A DNA stretch of 63,912 nt, filler included, from Parasitella parasitica NRRL 2501 (Eukaryota; Fungi; Mucoromycota), in NCBI GenBank assembly GCA_025201805.1. It is 14 parts of 14 records of this genome, joined end to end, with 100 filler letters (N's around TTAATTAATTAA, not from the genome) between each part and the next. Parts side by side here need not be neighbours in the genome. Positions count along the whole stretch, not along the records: positions 1 to 16,987 come from MU619347.1; 13 more parts are not named here. The stretch is one strand, 5' to 3'. Under the pieces are notes generated by a model. The model was not told where the DNA came from and did not search any database. It was given only the letters and a program-made list of their open reading frames with translations. Position numbers and translations under genes: made by a program. Positions 1 through 13,405 of this stretch are shown here, in pieces. How positions within the stretch are numbered: the first letter of the stretch is position 1; each line of letters starts with the position of its first letter.

Positions 1-1352
1 ATTTGTAATCACAGAGAAATTTTTTTTTGACAAACTGAACGATTTAGAACAAAAAATGCGCTTGCATTTTTAAATTCAGCTGCGTCTTCAGTCAAAGGCT
101 TTGGGGGTATAGATGATAACTCTATACCATGCCATATCAGCATGCAATCATCTCTCTTTTCAGAAATTAGCACTACTAGACGATAGATCAGAACTTCTAT
201 AATTTGAAAACATTACCAATGAAAAGCACAACGTACCTTAAAACCCTAGTATTTTAAATTGATATTGCTGTATGTCGCAGATTTCTCAATTTCCCTTGTT
301 TGTATTAAGCAGTATAGAGACAAGAGAAACAATCCACATGTCAACTAAAATACACCATTTGAATGCTACAATGCATTCAAACTTGGCTGTCATAACTAAA
401 AGTCTACAAAAGAACTATGAGATCTGAAATAACTATTTTTCCCATTTTCTCCTCCTTTCACTAAGGCTTTAGATTGAAATAACTTTTCATCCAAGCAACC
501 AATTTTCAAAACGTAAAAAGTAATGTATTCAACAACATTAAGTCTATCTTGTCATTTAGCTTTGGTGCACCAGATTATAGTTTTACCCTTAGTTTTATAT
601 GACTATATTGTTTACTGTAATGCATGCATTTACTGTCTACGCAAAAATACGGTCACTATTAGGCTTATCAAAAAATTGGCCACCCCCACCTCTTTTTTTT
701 GCTGCTTCTCTACTTCTACTACTACGCTATTATGTTACTACTATATACCCCTATCTTTGATTATCTACGATGCAAACGCATGCACTTTGTGTTCATTATT
801 GCTGGTATTATACGTTAAACCTCTTTGATTGTGGGTAAAGTCGAATATTCCCCACGCTTTCTAAAGGACACTAACTTACACTCTCATACGCGTTTTTTAT
901 AGAACCTATCACGAGAAAACAATATACAGGATGTCGTCTTTCTAGTGCAGTAGTTCATTCAGGTATTACCATTTATTATGTTTCTGTAAGAGCTTTTTTA
1001 CTAACTGAAAAATCATTTTTGTTCTACATTATTAGGTTTGGTTCTATCTTCATGTCAAGTGGATGGCCTATCATTGAAACTTGACATTAGTTCTTTATCC
1101 GGGTCATACAGGAGCATGTAGGCTGTTTCTACTCTTCGGCTGTGCTTACCCTAGCAGTTCTTGAGATGGGCCATTTTATCCGAAGCTGTGAAGTGTGGTA
1201 AGGCATTTTCCGGCTATTTAGGGTGGGGTATTCATTGAAAATCTACCAATTTCTATTTTTGGTCGAATTTCAAGCCCCGCTAACAACAAAACAGGGGGAA
1301 ACCCTGTTTTTTTGTTTTTAGGATTTTGGTGTTGACTTAGCCAAATTAATCG
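1..1352. repeat. Dispersed non-coding repeat family A (~1.3 kb), probable non-autonomous transposon or transposon end
   Basis: About 695-1352 recurs at 34451-35128 and about 69-1325 recurs inverted at 60139-61433. Contains the hairpin AAAACAGGG-GGAAA-CCCTGTTTT near 1287-1309. No credible ORF. Confidence 0.8.
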
Positions 1353-1425
1353 CGATTTTTTAAAAAAATAATAAACAAAACTAGAAAATACTGCACATAA
1401 TCTTCCCACTTTATGCCATTGCTTG

Positions 1426-2058
1426 TGTAATGAAATGGCACCTATCATATGGCACCACAATTACATTAAAATAAAATTCAGATGGATCATGGCTTATCCA
1501 TCCAAGAAATAAATACATGAAAAGCACAAGTAAACATTAACAAGTGTTGGTAGAAGCTTGCACTCCTGATCAAAGTACAATCTCCTACAACCCTGGCACA
1601 TGCTAATGTTGAACAACGCTGCACATAATCACAAATAAACAAATTCCAAACATGTATAAACAATGCAATAATTCTAGATGCCAGAAATGGCTTGTTTATT
1701 ACACAATAAGGAATGCTCAGTCGCAATAGAAATAATCAGGATCCTCAAATATTACAATCCTGCCCAAAACCATAGTATCAATTTCAATACCAACATATCG
1801 AAATCTCAACTACAATACAAGTGAGAGAATGTCAACAAAAGTCATTCTTCAAATAATATGTAAAATAAGCATTCTCACTGTAGTGAGGCAATTTTACAAG
1901 TAGTATAAATAGAAGCTCTCTCAAAGAGCATGTATCTTTTCTTCAGTTTTTCTTTTAATCGAAAATAAAGGTGGAAAGACCATAATTGTAATTCTCTGGC
2001 TTTATTTTTTTACTTTTTTTTATTTTTTTTACATAAAATTGATCCCAATTTTATTGCA
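1426..2058 (+). mobile_element. LTR (family L1, 633 bp)
   Basis: TGTAATGAAAT...ATTTTATTGCA termini (imperfect IR, TG..CA), with TATAAATAG near 1904 and AATAAA downstream. Near-identical inverted copy at 12732-13300 and a related 5' piece inverted near 19505-19573. No TSD. Confidence 0.7.
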
Positions 2059-2311
2059 GTATCAAAGAGGTTTTGCAAGTTTTCAAGACCAAAAAGGTGT
2101 GAGTGATTTCTACCTCGGCAGATGATGTCAAATTCATCTTGACCAATCCCATGTGTAAAATACATTCACTATGATGATCTGCATTCCACTTCCATATTCA
2201 TCCAGTTACCTTGAATTGACATAGACTACATATGCGCACAGATAATAAGATGTGCAATACAGATTTATACTATATAAGATATAAGCTAGAGACGGTACCA
2301 TTAGGAAGGAT

Positions 2312-2619
2312 TGATTTATCAGAATGAGAAATTATTCAAATAAAACGGTTGTGAATTAATCAGGTAAAGATCTCGTTTATTACATGGAAAAAATAATGGT
2401 TTATATACTAGTGAATCTAAGTGGACTGATGGGAGGATAAGATACAAGTGTGAGACATGGTGTGATTTAGAGAATGGAACGATAGATCGTATCTATTGTC
2501 CATGAACATGTCATGTTGAGTTATAAATAAGGAACATGATCCATTGGGATATGTTCCTGAATTGTGTTCACGATTGAGTTTACTTGAGTTTGACTTCCGG
2601 TTGGGAAATTGACACATCA
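2312..2619. mobile_element. Solo LTR (family L2, 308 bp) with 5-bp TSD AGGAT
   Basis: TGATTTATCA...TGACACATCA termini; AGGAT at 2307-2311 and 2620-2624. Copies at 30365-30675 and 48849-49160. Confidence 0.9.
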
Positions 2620-3779
2620 AGGATGACGCTATAGACTGATACTTATATCTGCTCGACACGAGCCTTAGACATTTACTAGATTTAGTCTATGCTACGAGCT
2701 TATGCTATATAAGATCTATGCTTCAGATGCGTATTCCCTGTTTTTAGATACGCACTACAAGACATATACTTATATCCATAATACTAGCTACAGATACATC
2801 ATGTACTACAGACTTGTAAAATATGTGCAATGCTATAGATATGCCTATGACATGTTATATAGACATGCTACATATACCGATATATGCTAAGATGAATACC
2901 AAGTGATATACACTCAGACATGTACTATTAATATAGACTGGATAAGACTATACAAGAGATGATATACGCTTATGGATCGATATTAATAATCTTCGCATAG
3001 AAGATTGATCAGGGTACTACCTCGGGTATGTTTAGGATACAGATCAAATCTTAGCGGTAATGTATTATACAGAGTATAATACATCATAAAGCGAGCATGA
3101 GTAGAAATGCGTAGTAGAATGGAATGACTTTATTTAGACATGGCAAAGAGACATAAGTGGTACCATTGAATGGCGGATCTTTATCCCAGTACAAAGTGGT
3201 GATATCCTATGACATTTGGTTCCTGAGGTCGGTGTTAAATCCTGATGAATGTTCTTCCATCAAAGCTACTAGGAACAACATCCTATCCTTTATACGTATC
3301 TATACTCTTGTCTTACTGGTAACTCGGAAACTCTTATCCACCAAGCTCCTAGGGATTGGTTCAAGATGTACCCAATTATCCCTCATCCTAGATCATGGTC
3401 TTATTGCTGCGGCACTGTCAAATAACTATAAATACCTTCAAAAAACATACACTAGTTTAAAGATTCATTTCAATCTTGGAATAGCAAAATAAATATATTC
3501 AGTTCTAATTGTATTTTCTGGCTATATTTTGTTATTCTAAACAGGGTAAAGTCTATCTCCTCATTCAAATACTGTAGATCTAAGTTATCTTGAGCCTGCT
3601 GATATGTTGGTTAGCACAAAGTTAAGATGCTAGTTATGCAGTATTGTCGTACATGTTAAATTGCGAGAATAGAAAATTTATCCACAGTTTAAGTACATAA
3701 AGGCTTATTTACCTGGCTAGTAGATGAACGGGAGCTTTACACACCGGTTGATTTGATAATAAAAACCTACACCTTTATC

Positions 3780-4648
3780 AAGTTGACATTATTGTTTTTT
3801 TATTATATTTTTTTCCGTAAATCCATATAACAATTATACCGATTCCACACCATGGTTAATCATAGAGCACCATCACCAAAATTCACCACTCGTTCAGAAG
3901 GTTTCATATGAGAGACAAGATTCAACTTCTGCACAATGTAATAGGGAACCAACGATGTCATTGCTCCACCATTAATGAGGAGCTGTAAGATTTCATCACC
4001 TACAGTTGCATAAACCACTTGTAGGGCAACCCGACAGCCTCAGTGGTGGACGTGTCTACCTTGAGAAAGTGTACTTGGTCTAGATCCATGTTCTCTGGAT
4101 TCCACTTGGACTTCTGTATGCTCGTAGAACCGCGATAATCATGCCTGTTCTTATGGCGCATGAGGCTGTGTTTATTTGGCTCTTTATCATCTAAGCCTAC
4201 TATCATAGATTATATGCAATGCTGATATGAAAATATGTGATATCATCTGATAACTTTATAGATATTGATGAAAACATGGATACCACCAACGTTGTTGTCA
4301 GATAGCGCCAAGTCGATACCAAGTTTTCCAACTTAGGTCATGGTTTTATGGTCATTTTAACAAAAGTTATTAGCAAATATCTGTTATTTATTATAAATAT
4401 TGAAAAATAAAACTGGTTTTGCACATAACTTTTGATAGAGACATCGCCCAATAGAACCGAATTATGCTCATATATATAGCGATATTTAGACTTAAGCTGA
4501 AACACCAATATTTTGACACATTGTTTGTGTACGTCTGGAGCATACTGCAACAACTGTTTCAGAGGTATTGTTACTGTTATCTCCTCGAACATGTTGTTTA
4601 CATTAAATGGCGGCGTGAAATTTGTAAACTAGGTTCTGCCTTGGTGGA
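3780..4648 (-). pseudogene. Decayed retrotransposon gag-protease (3' part of the element disrupted by the Ty3 insertion)
   Basis: Minus strand gives FEEITVTIPLKQLLQYAPDVHKQC and LLINGGAMTSLVPYYIVQKLNL...VNFGDG, a degenerate retropepsin motif with the catalytic D read as N. Many stops. Confidence 0.6.
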
Positions 4649-5250
4649 TGTGGATATAATATCCATATTTCATACATCAATCATCAGTTCATGCTATATT
4701 TGAATCATGAGTGTACTACTCAATAGATATTATCAAATGTGTACATAGTCGGAAGAATAGAATAACCAACATATAANNNNNNNNNNNNNNNNNNNNNNNN
4801 NNNNNNNNNNNNNNNNNNNNNNNNNNNNNNNNNNNNNNNNNNNNNNNNNNNNNNNNNNNNNNNNNNNNNNNNNNNNNNNNNNNNNNNNNNNNNNNNNNNN
4901 NNNNNNNNNNNNNNNNNNNNNNNNNNNNNNNNNNNNNNNNNNNNNNNNNNNNNNNNNNNNNNNNNNNNNNNNNNNNNNNNNNNNNNNNNNNNNNNNNNNN
5001 NNNNNNNNNNNNNNNNNNNNNNNNNNNNNNNNNNNNNNNNNNNNNNNNNNNNNNNNNNNNNNNNNNNNNNNNNNNNNNNNNNNNNNNNNNNNNNNNNNNN
5101 NNNNNNNNNNNNNNNNNNNNNNNNNNNNNNNNNNNNNNNNNNNNNNNNNNNNNNNNNNNNNNNNNNNNNNNNNNNNNNNNNNNNNNNNNNNNNNNNNNNN
5201 NNNNNNNNNNNNNNNNTCAAGAACCAAATCAGGTCAACGCTCTCGAGGTT

Positions 5251-6856
5251 ATGAATTCAAGATTATCCAATGCAAAGCTACAATTGAGCAAGATCCATCT
5301 CGAGGCTGGTGAACAATACTCAGCTGAAGACGTCAAAGCTGCAAACGAAGCTCAAGAACTAGTCAATTGGCTCACTACCCAAATTAACGCAATGACAAGG
5401 AAGGCTGAAACCTCAGGAACTAGAGCAATAAATACAAATGAATTGCCCTTGTTCCAGCTCACCAACCAACCTGTCTATTGGTCTAACCATCCTCGTTACA
5501 CTTCCACCGATCATTTCTTCAGCACCTTTGAAAATGTTGTACATGCTTCGGGAAACAAGGTTGATAACGTCTGGAGGCAGTATATTCCAATCTCAATGCC
5601 ATTCGAATATGAAAATTGGACAAAAAATGATTTGATGGCATGTTCAACTTGGGAAGAGGCAAAAGCACTCTTTCGAAAAGCACTATGGTACTCCTGTTAA
5701 TAAGGAAGAATCAATGGCAAAACTATTCAATTTACGCATGAAAGTATCCGACACCTTGCAAAACTACACGAACCTGTTCGTTAAGTATGTTCAAGATTCT
5801 GGTTTTTCAGTCAAAAGCAATTTGCTGGCCAACTTTTATCGTTTCACACTGCTCCGCAAGAACAAGCAGATGATGATCAACCAAATGAAGATACAGCACT
5901 CAGATCCAGATTATAAATGGACTATCAACGAGATTTATGAATGCGTGTTGCCTTTATTTCTGGTTGACGAACAAGAGCTGGATGATAGACCAGAAGAATA
6001 TCGGAGCAAGCGAAAAGCTGAAGGCAGTATTGGTACTGTTGGTACGAGCAAGTCTCCCAAGGTCGAGGCATCAGCTGGGTTCTTCTGTCCCAGACACGGA
6101 GGTAGTCGAGCAAACCATGATTCTAAGGATTGCCACTCCAAGGTTAAACAGTTTGGTTCTGAGAACAAACCTAACCGGGCTACTATTGCATCGACATCCT
6201 CTAATACTGGAAGTTCCACATCCTCTGGAAGACCAAAAGATTGTTCGTACTGCACCAAACCTCATTTCTTTGGTCATAGATGTCGCGAATACTATGTTGC
6301 TAAAGCTGCTGAATACCGCAATAGGGATATTGGGGTTGCTACTGTTGGCACCACCGCCAAAACAAAAATGACGCCTACTATTAATGACAGTGGTAACACT
6401 GCTACTAGTAACGCTACCAAACACGAAGATACTATTATGGGAGAGCTAGATGCTGAGCTGGATGCTCAAGACGCAGCTATTGCCTGTAAGTTCCATGTTA
6501 AAAAAGAAAAATTTAATCCTTTTCAGTTATTGACTCCTATCATTCTAGAGAGCAAAGAAAACAAACCAGTCAGATGTATTGCAAAAATTGATACTGGCGC
6601 AGATGTTTCTTTTTTAAATAAACACGTATTTCATAATAAATTGCTGTTCACATCTAATGATATCATTAAAGTTGAAGGCAATTTAAACTTTCTGAATTCC
6701 TCCAATAGACGTTTGGGTTATACACCAGCAATCAAAATTAAATATTTAAATGACATCGCATTCAATCATTCATTTGAACTGGCAGATTTCAATCAGAATT
6801 TGGGCAACTTCGATATACTCCTGGGAGTAGACACTTTAAGCCAACTTCGAATATAG
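5251..6856 (+). pseudogene. Gag with Cys/His knuckles plus aspartic protease (frameshift near 5680)
   Basis: ORFs 5251-5700 and 5714-6856. Cys/His clusters CPRH...HDSKDC and CSYC...GHRC; protease motifs KIDTGA and DILLGVD. Confidence 0.85.
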
Positions 6857-9800
6857 GGCTAACAGGTGTTGCACACAAATTCCCTGATGTAACAAGCTTG
6901 AGTGATAAAGAAAGAGCAGAATTACTCAATACTATCGACTTTGAAAATGTAAATTTTGACTCCAAGCACTCAATAAACCCTGAAACCGCATCCATTTTTC
7001 AATCTAAACTAGAAGAAAAGGAGTTTATGAGCCAAATTCAGGACGCTATCGCTGAAAATCAGCAAATAAAACCCGGCACCTTTTGCAACGTGCCTGAATC
7101 CGAGATTGTAATACCCATTAAAGAAAATGTTGACTATTATGTCAAACAATATCCCATAGCATATCATTCTCTACCAGAAATACAGAAACAATTAGATGAA
7201 TGGTTAGAAGCAGGGATTGTTGAGCCGTGCCGGCCTAATGGTCTGTTCAACAGTCCATTGATTGCTGTCGCCAAGAAAGATAATGATGGTAAACCCACCA
7301 AAACTAGAGTGTGTATGGATGTTCGTAGAATTAACCAGCATATGCCTAACAACACCAATCAATTTGAGATTCCAAACATCCAAGATATATTTACTAGAAT
7401 TAAGTAAAACGGAACTGTTTTTTCAAAAATCGACTTAAAAAACGCATATTTTTCGTTTAAAATAGCAGATCAGAGTAAGGACGTTTTGTTGTTTAATTTT
7501 AAAGGAATTACATACAGATGGGTTGGATGCTGCTTTGGATTGCGGCCAATCACATCGGTGTTTTCCTCTGTTATGAACATCTTATTCTCTGATTTAGAAG
7601 GGATTGAAATATATGTTGATGACCTGTGTTTATACAGTACAGACCCTGTGTCGCATTGTAAACTAATTAATGAAGTTCTTAGGAGACTCACAAATGCTAA
7701 CTTAAAGATTGGTCTCGAGAAATGTACCTGGTTCCGATCTAGTATTTATCTACTAGGCTTTGTTATAGGACCACAGGTTTCCAAAGTTGACATGAGACGC
7801 TTATCTGATATTGGCCATTGGGGTCCTTGTAGATCCGCAAAACAAGTAAAGCAATTAGCAGGTGTTATCTCGTATCTAAGACCTCATATACCTATGTTGG
7901 CTAAAATCATGGCACTAATTGATGCACTTCGAAATGATCCTAATGCTGGTAGCAAATGGACGGATGACCATACAGAGAGACTTGAGATTATAAAAAAAAT
8001 CCTTCTATCTGAAGCGCTATTAACTGCACCCAACATGAACAAAAAATTTTATCTTGAATGTGATGCCAGTTTATATGCGATTGCAGTAATTTAAACCCAA
8101 AGAGATGATCTTGGGCGTACAGTCTACATAGCCATGCTCAGTAAAAGCCTGACAAAAACACAGCAAAACTGGCCTGTGCTAAGACGCGAACTATATGCCA
8201 TCTTGTTTGGCTTGGTCCGTCTACGTTCTGTGTTGTATGGACATCCTGAGATCGAGGTAATGACCGATCATCGTGCTCTGGTATATCTTTATACATGTAA
8301 ATGTCCTACCAGAGTTATTCAAAATTATATGGAAATATTAAACGAGTACCCACAATTGCAATTCACGCACATCAGAGGACTCGATAATATTCTACCTGAC
8401 AGAATCAGTCGCTTGTATGAACCTTTAGAGGATCCTACAGAGCTGGCGGAGGACAATGACAAGAAAAATGCTAAATTAGAAAAAAATATTATGAGAAGCA
8501 AAGGCTCCAAAAAACGGTTTCTTCCTGATAATAACAACCAAGAGAAACATTTTGCAACAAAGCAAAAACTCATTTATAATAAAGATAAGAACCTGAATGT
8601 TCTTGCTATAAAAATTAAGAACCGAACATATGAAGGCATAACATACATTGCACCACCCGAAAATGAAAGGGACAAGTTACTACGAGAGATCCATCAATTT
8701 GGACATTTTGGTAGTACCAGTATTGTAAAGAAATTGCATGAAGATGGAATTCATTGGACAGGCCTATACGATGATGCAAAAGCAGTTTGTCAATCATGTA
8801 TGGAATGTGCAAGACATAATGTTGTTCAAAGAGGATATCATGAACTAAAAAACATAGTAGCTTATGCACCATTTGATCACATAGGAATTGACTTCCTAGG
8901 GCCTTTACCGCGAACTAACAGTGGAAATATCTATATCCTCGTTGTATATGACCTTTGCACAAGATTCATTATAACTCGTGCATTACCAAATAAACAATCA
9001 GATACTGTTGCAAAAGCATTGGTCGCTATATTTTGTGATTTTGGTGTACCTGAGATCGTGATGTCCGATAACGGCCGCGAATTCAAGAGCCAATTTATGA
9101 GTCAAATTACAAAAGCATTAGGCATCAACCATCGTTACGCAACTGCCTTCCATAGTAGAGGAAACGGTGCAACTGAATCTGGTGTGAAAGCAGTAATAAA
9201 TACGCTTCGGAAAATGATAAACGATCATATCTATGACTGGGACTCAGTACTGCCGGGTTGTCAACTAGCCATCAATACGAGGATTAGGTATCGCACGGAA
9301 AGTGCACCTTTCCAGTTGATGTTCGCAAGACCATTGAATAGGTTCCGTGACTATAACGATCCCAAAATCAGAGATAACTTACCAAAAAATCCAATGACCC
9401 TCAAAGAGCTCCAAAAAAAAGCCGAAGTAATGAACAGCATTGTTTTTCCTGCTATAAACCAAAGAACTCAACGAATAGTAGAAGAGCAAGCGAAACGCTT
9501 TAATAAGAATCACACGATCAGACACTTTGAGGTTGGTGATTGGGTTATGGTGCGCCTTCCACATCGAGAAAGCAAACTTGAGGCCGCGTATGCTGGTCCA
9601 TTTCAAATAGTTCAGCGTAAAAGATCTACATACGTACTAAAAGATGACATGAATGAACTACTGCATCGCGACTATGTACCATCTGAATTGAAGTTGGTTG
9701 CTATTGATGAAACAATCATTGAACAAGAAGTTTTTGAAGTAGATGAAATTCGAGCGCATCGTGGACCAGAGCATAGCAGAGAATACCTAGTTAAATGGAA

Positions 9801-9975
9801 AACATTTGGTGAAAGTTCCAACACATGGGAAACTGCTGCATCATTTAATAACCCTCGAACCATCCGAGATTATTGGACAAAAGTGACAAAACGTGATGAA
9901 CTTGAGAAGAAAAGACAAACGAAAGAAATAAGAAACGCGAGCACTACAAACAAAAGGGCAAAAATGAATAAATAA
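6857..9975 (+). pseudogene. Pol: reverse transcriptase, RNase H, integrase, chromodomain (in-frame stops at 7405 and 8092)
   Basis: RT motifs RVCMDVRRIN and YVDD; RNase H ECDAS, RRELYA, TDH; integrase HHCC plus IDFLGP / SDNG / NGATE; chromodomain YLVKWKTFGESSNTWE. Confidence 0.93.
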
Positions 9976-10688
9976 ATAACTAGTATGTGGCTGATGGTGT
10001 AGCCATGTTGTCACATGAGGATACATGTAACACTAAGCATTATATCGAGTCATATAAGCCATGGTTTAGATATCACCCTCATTATGAATAGATCAAATAT
10101 GTTCATATATAATCTCGCTGGTAATGATCAACATCTTAAAAAAAAAAAAAAAAAAAAAAAACTCACTATTCACAGTTAATGCATCTTACATAAGAGCATA
10201 ATATATCATAAAATTCAGATCGATTCGTCGTTTACAACTGCGTTGAAACTGGTGGCGGATAATGTGGATATAATATCCATATTTCATACATCAATCATCA
10301 GTTCATGCTATATTTGAATCATGAGTGTACTACTCAATAGATATTATCAAATGTGTACATAGTCGGAAGAATAGAATAACCAACATATAAGATAAGAAAT
10401 GAATCTTAACAAATCACAATACATGCAAGTCAATGTATAATATAGCCTGATATTTTGATCAAAGATCTTAATCCAATAGTGAGGCTACATGAATAGATAG
10501 AATATTCTTTGAAGATTGATAATGATTGAGATGTGATAGTGGAAACTATATAAAGAGGGCATCAATCTGTAATGATTAGAGTTCTCCAGTCTGAACTAAA
10601 TAATAAATCTATACGTTATCTAGTTGACTTATCTTGTTTTTTTATACTTTTTTTTCTGTGAATATCCTTACATCAAGCATATTCCACA

Positions 10689-11500
10689 GTGGAAGAGGGT
10701 GCTTTGGAAGTAAATCGACCTGTGGATGAAATGAGCGATTTTTTTTCACTTTGTGCCTTCTACAGCGCATTCATAGCTCTTGCTTTGTCTAGATTCCGCA
10801 AGCTAGAAACCAGGGCTTCTTCATCGAAATTCTTTTCCTTGACGGCACTCACATCTACGACCACAGTATTCACGGAGCCAGGTTTAGGATTTTCCGTTGG
10901 GAAAAATCTTGTTTAAAATTCATGATGATGTGTTCAGTGATACCGCATCGACAACGTTCTTCGCAATTGGCAGCAACATGCCCAAACTTATGGCAATTAC
11001 AGTATAATACTTTACTTTGGACGTATTGTTGGGATTCGAATAATCTTTGTTTCAGACTGGAACCGGTTTACGAACGTTTGTTGTTAACAATTCCAAGGTA
11101 CGATCTATTGGGTCATTTTGTCTTTGGTGATAGCCAAATCAATTTCCATTTGTTCCAGCTTTTCCAGGATAGCTTTCTCATATTTGGTAGGTTGTTTTTG
11201 TAAAGTGTTGATGACAGCGACCGATTTTGTGGGTATGACCTGAAGGGACTTTGGAGTGGAGACTGGATGATACCTTGGGAGGATTCGGCCCACTCAAGCA
11301 ACGTTTAAAGTTTTTCGAAGTTGTCCAACACCTGATGATCCTTGGAAGTGTACGTGCTAAATTCCAGTTTATAGCATTTCTTTTGCAACTTCAGAAGCAA
11401 CCCTTTCCTGACATCCCGGACCATATTTCCTTTTTCGATTTGGTGAATGTTTCTTTAGCATTGGACTTGTACAGCGCCCTCTTGCATACAATATAGTGGG
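10689..11500 (-). pseudogene. Decayed gag of an older retroelement (5' part, interrupted by the Ty3 element)
   Basis: Minus strand near 10930-11010 reads YCNCHKFGHVAANCEERCRCG (CCHC knuckle). Same orientation as the protease remnant left of 4649. Confidence 0.6.
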
Positions 11501-12731
11501 CTGACCCCTCGGATTATTTTTGTTTGCGACCATCGTACAGGTATTCCATACCTAACGTACCAAACTGGTGTGACAAATCGTTTCGTGAACAGGCTGACAA
11601 CCGACTCACTTTTTCTTTGTTAGTGGAATCAAACGGTAATTTCCTTGCTTGGTAGGAGTCGGACTCTATTACTTCTGCCACGAACCAGTCCTTTGTGCTA
11701 TAAAAATTAAAAAAGCATAGAAAAATACAATTATAACTCTTCTTGGTTTATTAAAGTTAAAATGTAAGTAAAGTTCTGGTTAGCTCCTTGACCTTCATCT
11801 TATTTATAGTAAAGTAAAATATAGTGAATTCAAGTTACTAATCTAATAACTTGATCTTGATTAAATTAAGCTTCATGGGAAAGCAGTAAGCAGTGCTTGA
11901 TTAATGTGGAATACAAGTTGTACAATCGTCTTTAAATGTATAATATTAATAAGAGTATAATTCTTATCATTAATGCTTTATACTCAGGATCTTAGTCAAG
12001 AACTAAGATCTGCTTTACTAATTCAATATGATGTGTGAAAGACTGCCAGTAATTCACATCACTTTGCAAATCCTTGTAGGAACCTGTAGAAGAACTCCTT
12101 CAAGCGAGCGTCTTGGATCCAATTATTCCATGAGGCCGCTTCATTAAAATCTTTGTTGAGATATGCAAGATCGAAATTAGAAAAGTAAAATATAAAACGT
12201 TGAATTAACGAGATACGAAAACTTGAGATGACTTTATTAAAGATTCAACTTTGCATTTGCTATTTATGCTTTTTACAACAACATAAATTTTTGGTGACTT
12301 ATTTAAAATACTAGTCGATACTGATCGATAAGAATAATTTGCAAGCAATATCATATCCTTAACAGGGTACGATGTATTATTATACTACAAGGTTATTGAT
12401 CTTTGATCTGACAGTACCTTGTTGTTTGTCAATCATACAGATCTGTGTTACTACAGATAACCTTCCTGATTTGAAACAAAAACTTTGTTCTCCTGTTTTG
12501 AAAAGTATAACAACACATCATTGGACAATCTTCAATTTTTAATTGAAGTTCACTATCATGATCTCCTAAACTACATTATGGCGAGAGATCAATTTTCTGA
12601 GAATTGTAATGGATTCTCATTCAGCGCAAGAGCTGAACAAGAAAACTTGGGGGGCTTCTTGATGGTGTTCTCACCAGCACCGACAAAACGACAGGTTGAG
12701 TTGACATCTCTGACGAGGACGCAGAAGAGGA

Positions 12732-13300
12732 TGCAACAAAATTGGGATCAATTTTATGTAAAAAAAATAAAAAAAAGTGAAAAAATAAAGCCAGAGAATT
12801 ACAATTATGGTCTTTCCACCTTTATTTTCGATTAAAAGAAAAACTGAAGAAAAGATACATGCTCTTTGAGAGAGCTTCTATTTATACTACTTGTAAAATT
12901 GCCTCACTACAGTGAGAATGCTTATTTTACATATTATTTGAAGAATGACTTTTGTTGACATTCTCTCACTTGTATTGTAGTTGAGATTTCGATATGTTGG
13001 TATTGAAATTGATACTATGGTTTTGGGCAGGATTGTAATATTTGAGGATCCTGATTATTTCTATTGCGACTGAGCATTCCTTATTGTGTAATAAACAAGC
13101 CATTTCTGGCATCTAGAATTATTGCATTGTTTATACATGTTTGGAATTTGTTTATTTGTGATTATGTGCAGCGTTGTTCAACATTAGCATGTGCCAGGGT
13201 TGTAGGAGATTGTACTTTGATCAGGAGTGCAAGCTTCTACCAACACTTGTTAATGTTTACTTGTGCTTTTCATGTATTTATTTCTTGGATGGATAAGCCA
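12732..13300 (-). mobile_element. LTR family L1 copy, inverted, truncated by a gap
   Basis: Reverse complement of 1490-2058, nearly identical; both copies give the same spurious 79-aa translation. Confidence 0.85.
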
Positions 13301-13310
13301 NNNNNNNNNN

Positions 13311-13405
13311 AACTAAATAATAAATCTATACGTTATCTAGTTGACTTATCTTGTTTTTTTATACTTTTTTTTCTGTGAATATCCTTACATCAAGCATATT
13401 CCACA
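13311..13405 (+). mobile_element. 3' end of another copy of the Ty3 LTR
   Basis: Identical to 10594-10688, ends TCCACA, follows a 10-N gap and has a different flank (GTATT). Confidence 0.85.

Larger units (their letters stand above)
4649..10688 (+). mobile_element. Ty3/Gypsy chromovirus-type LTR retrotransposon, near full length
   Basis: 5' LTR starts TGTGGA at 4649 and runs into the N gap. 3' LTR is 10263-10688 (TGTGGA...TCCACA) with a purine-rich tract before it. 5-bp TSD GTGGA at 4644-4648 and 10689-10693. Domain order gag-PR-RT-RH-IN-chromo. Confidence 0.95.

Noticed and set aside
2417-2659. Short ORF recurring three times (MCQFPNRKSNSSKLN...)
   Set aside because: Chance translation of the L2 solo LTR; ORF ends differ between copies.
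4720-5227. ORFs made of X residues (also 56754-57431)
   Set aside because: Translations of N gaps.
1490-13300. 569-bp inverted repeat pair (1490-2058 / 12732-13300) as TIRs of a giant transposon
   Set aside because: The repeat has LTR hallmarks (TG..CA, TATA, polyA signal) and the right copy is cut by a gap. Two oppositely oriented LTRs is the simpler explanation.
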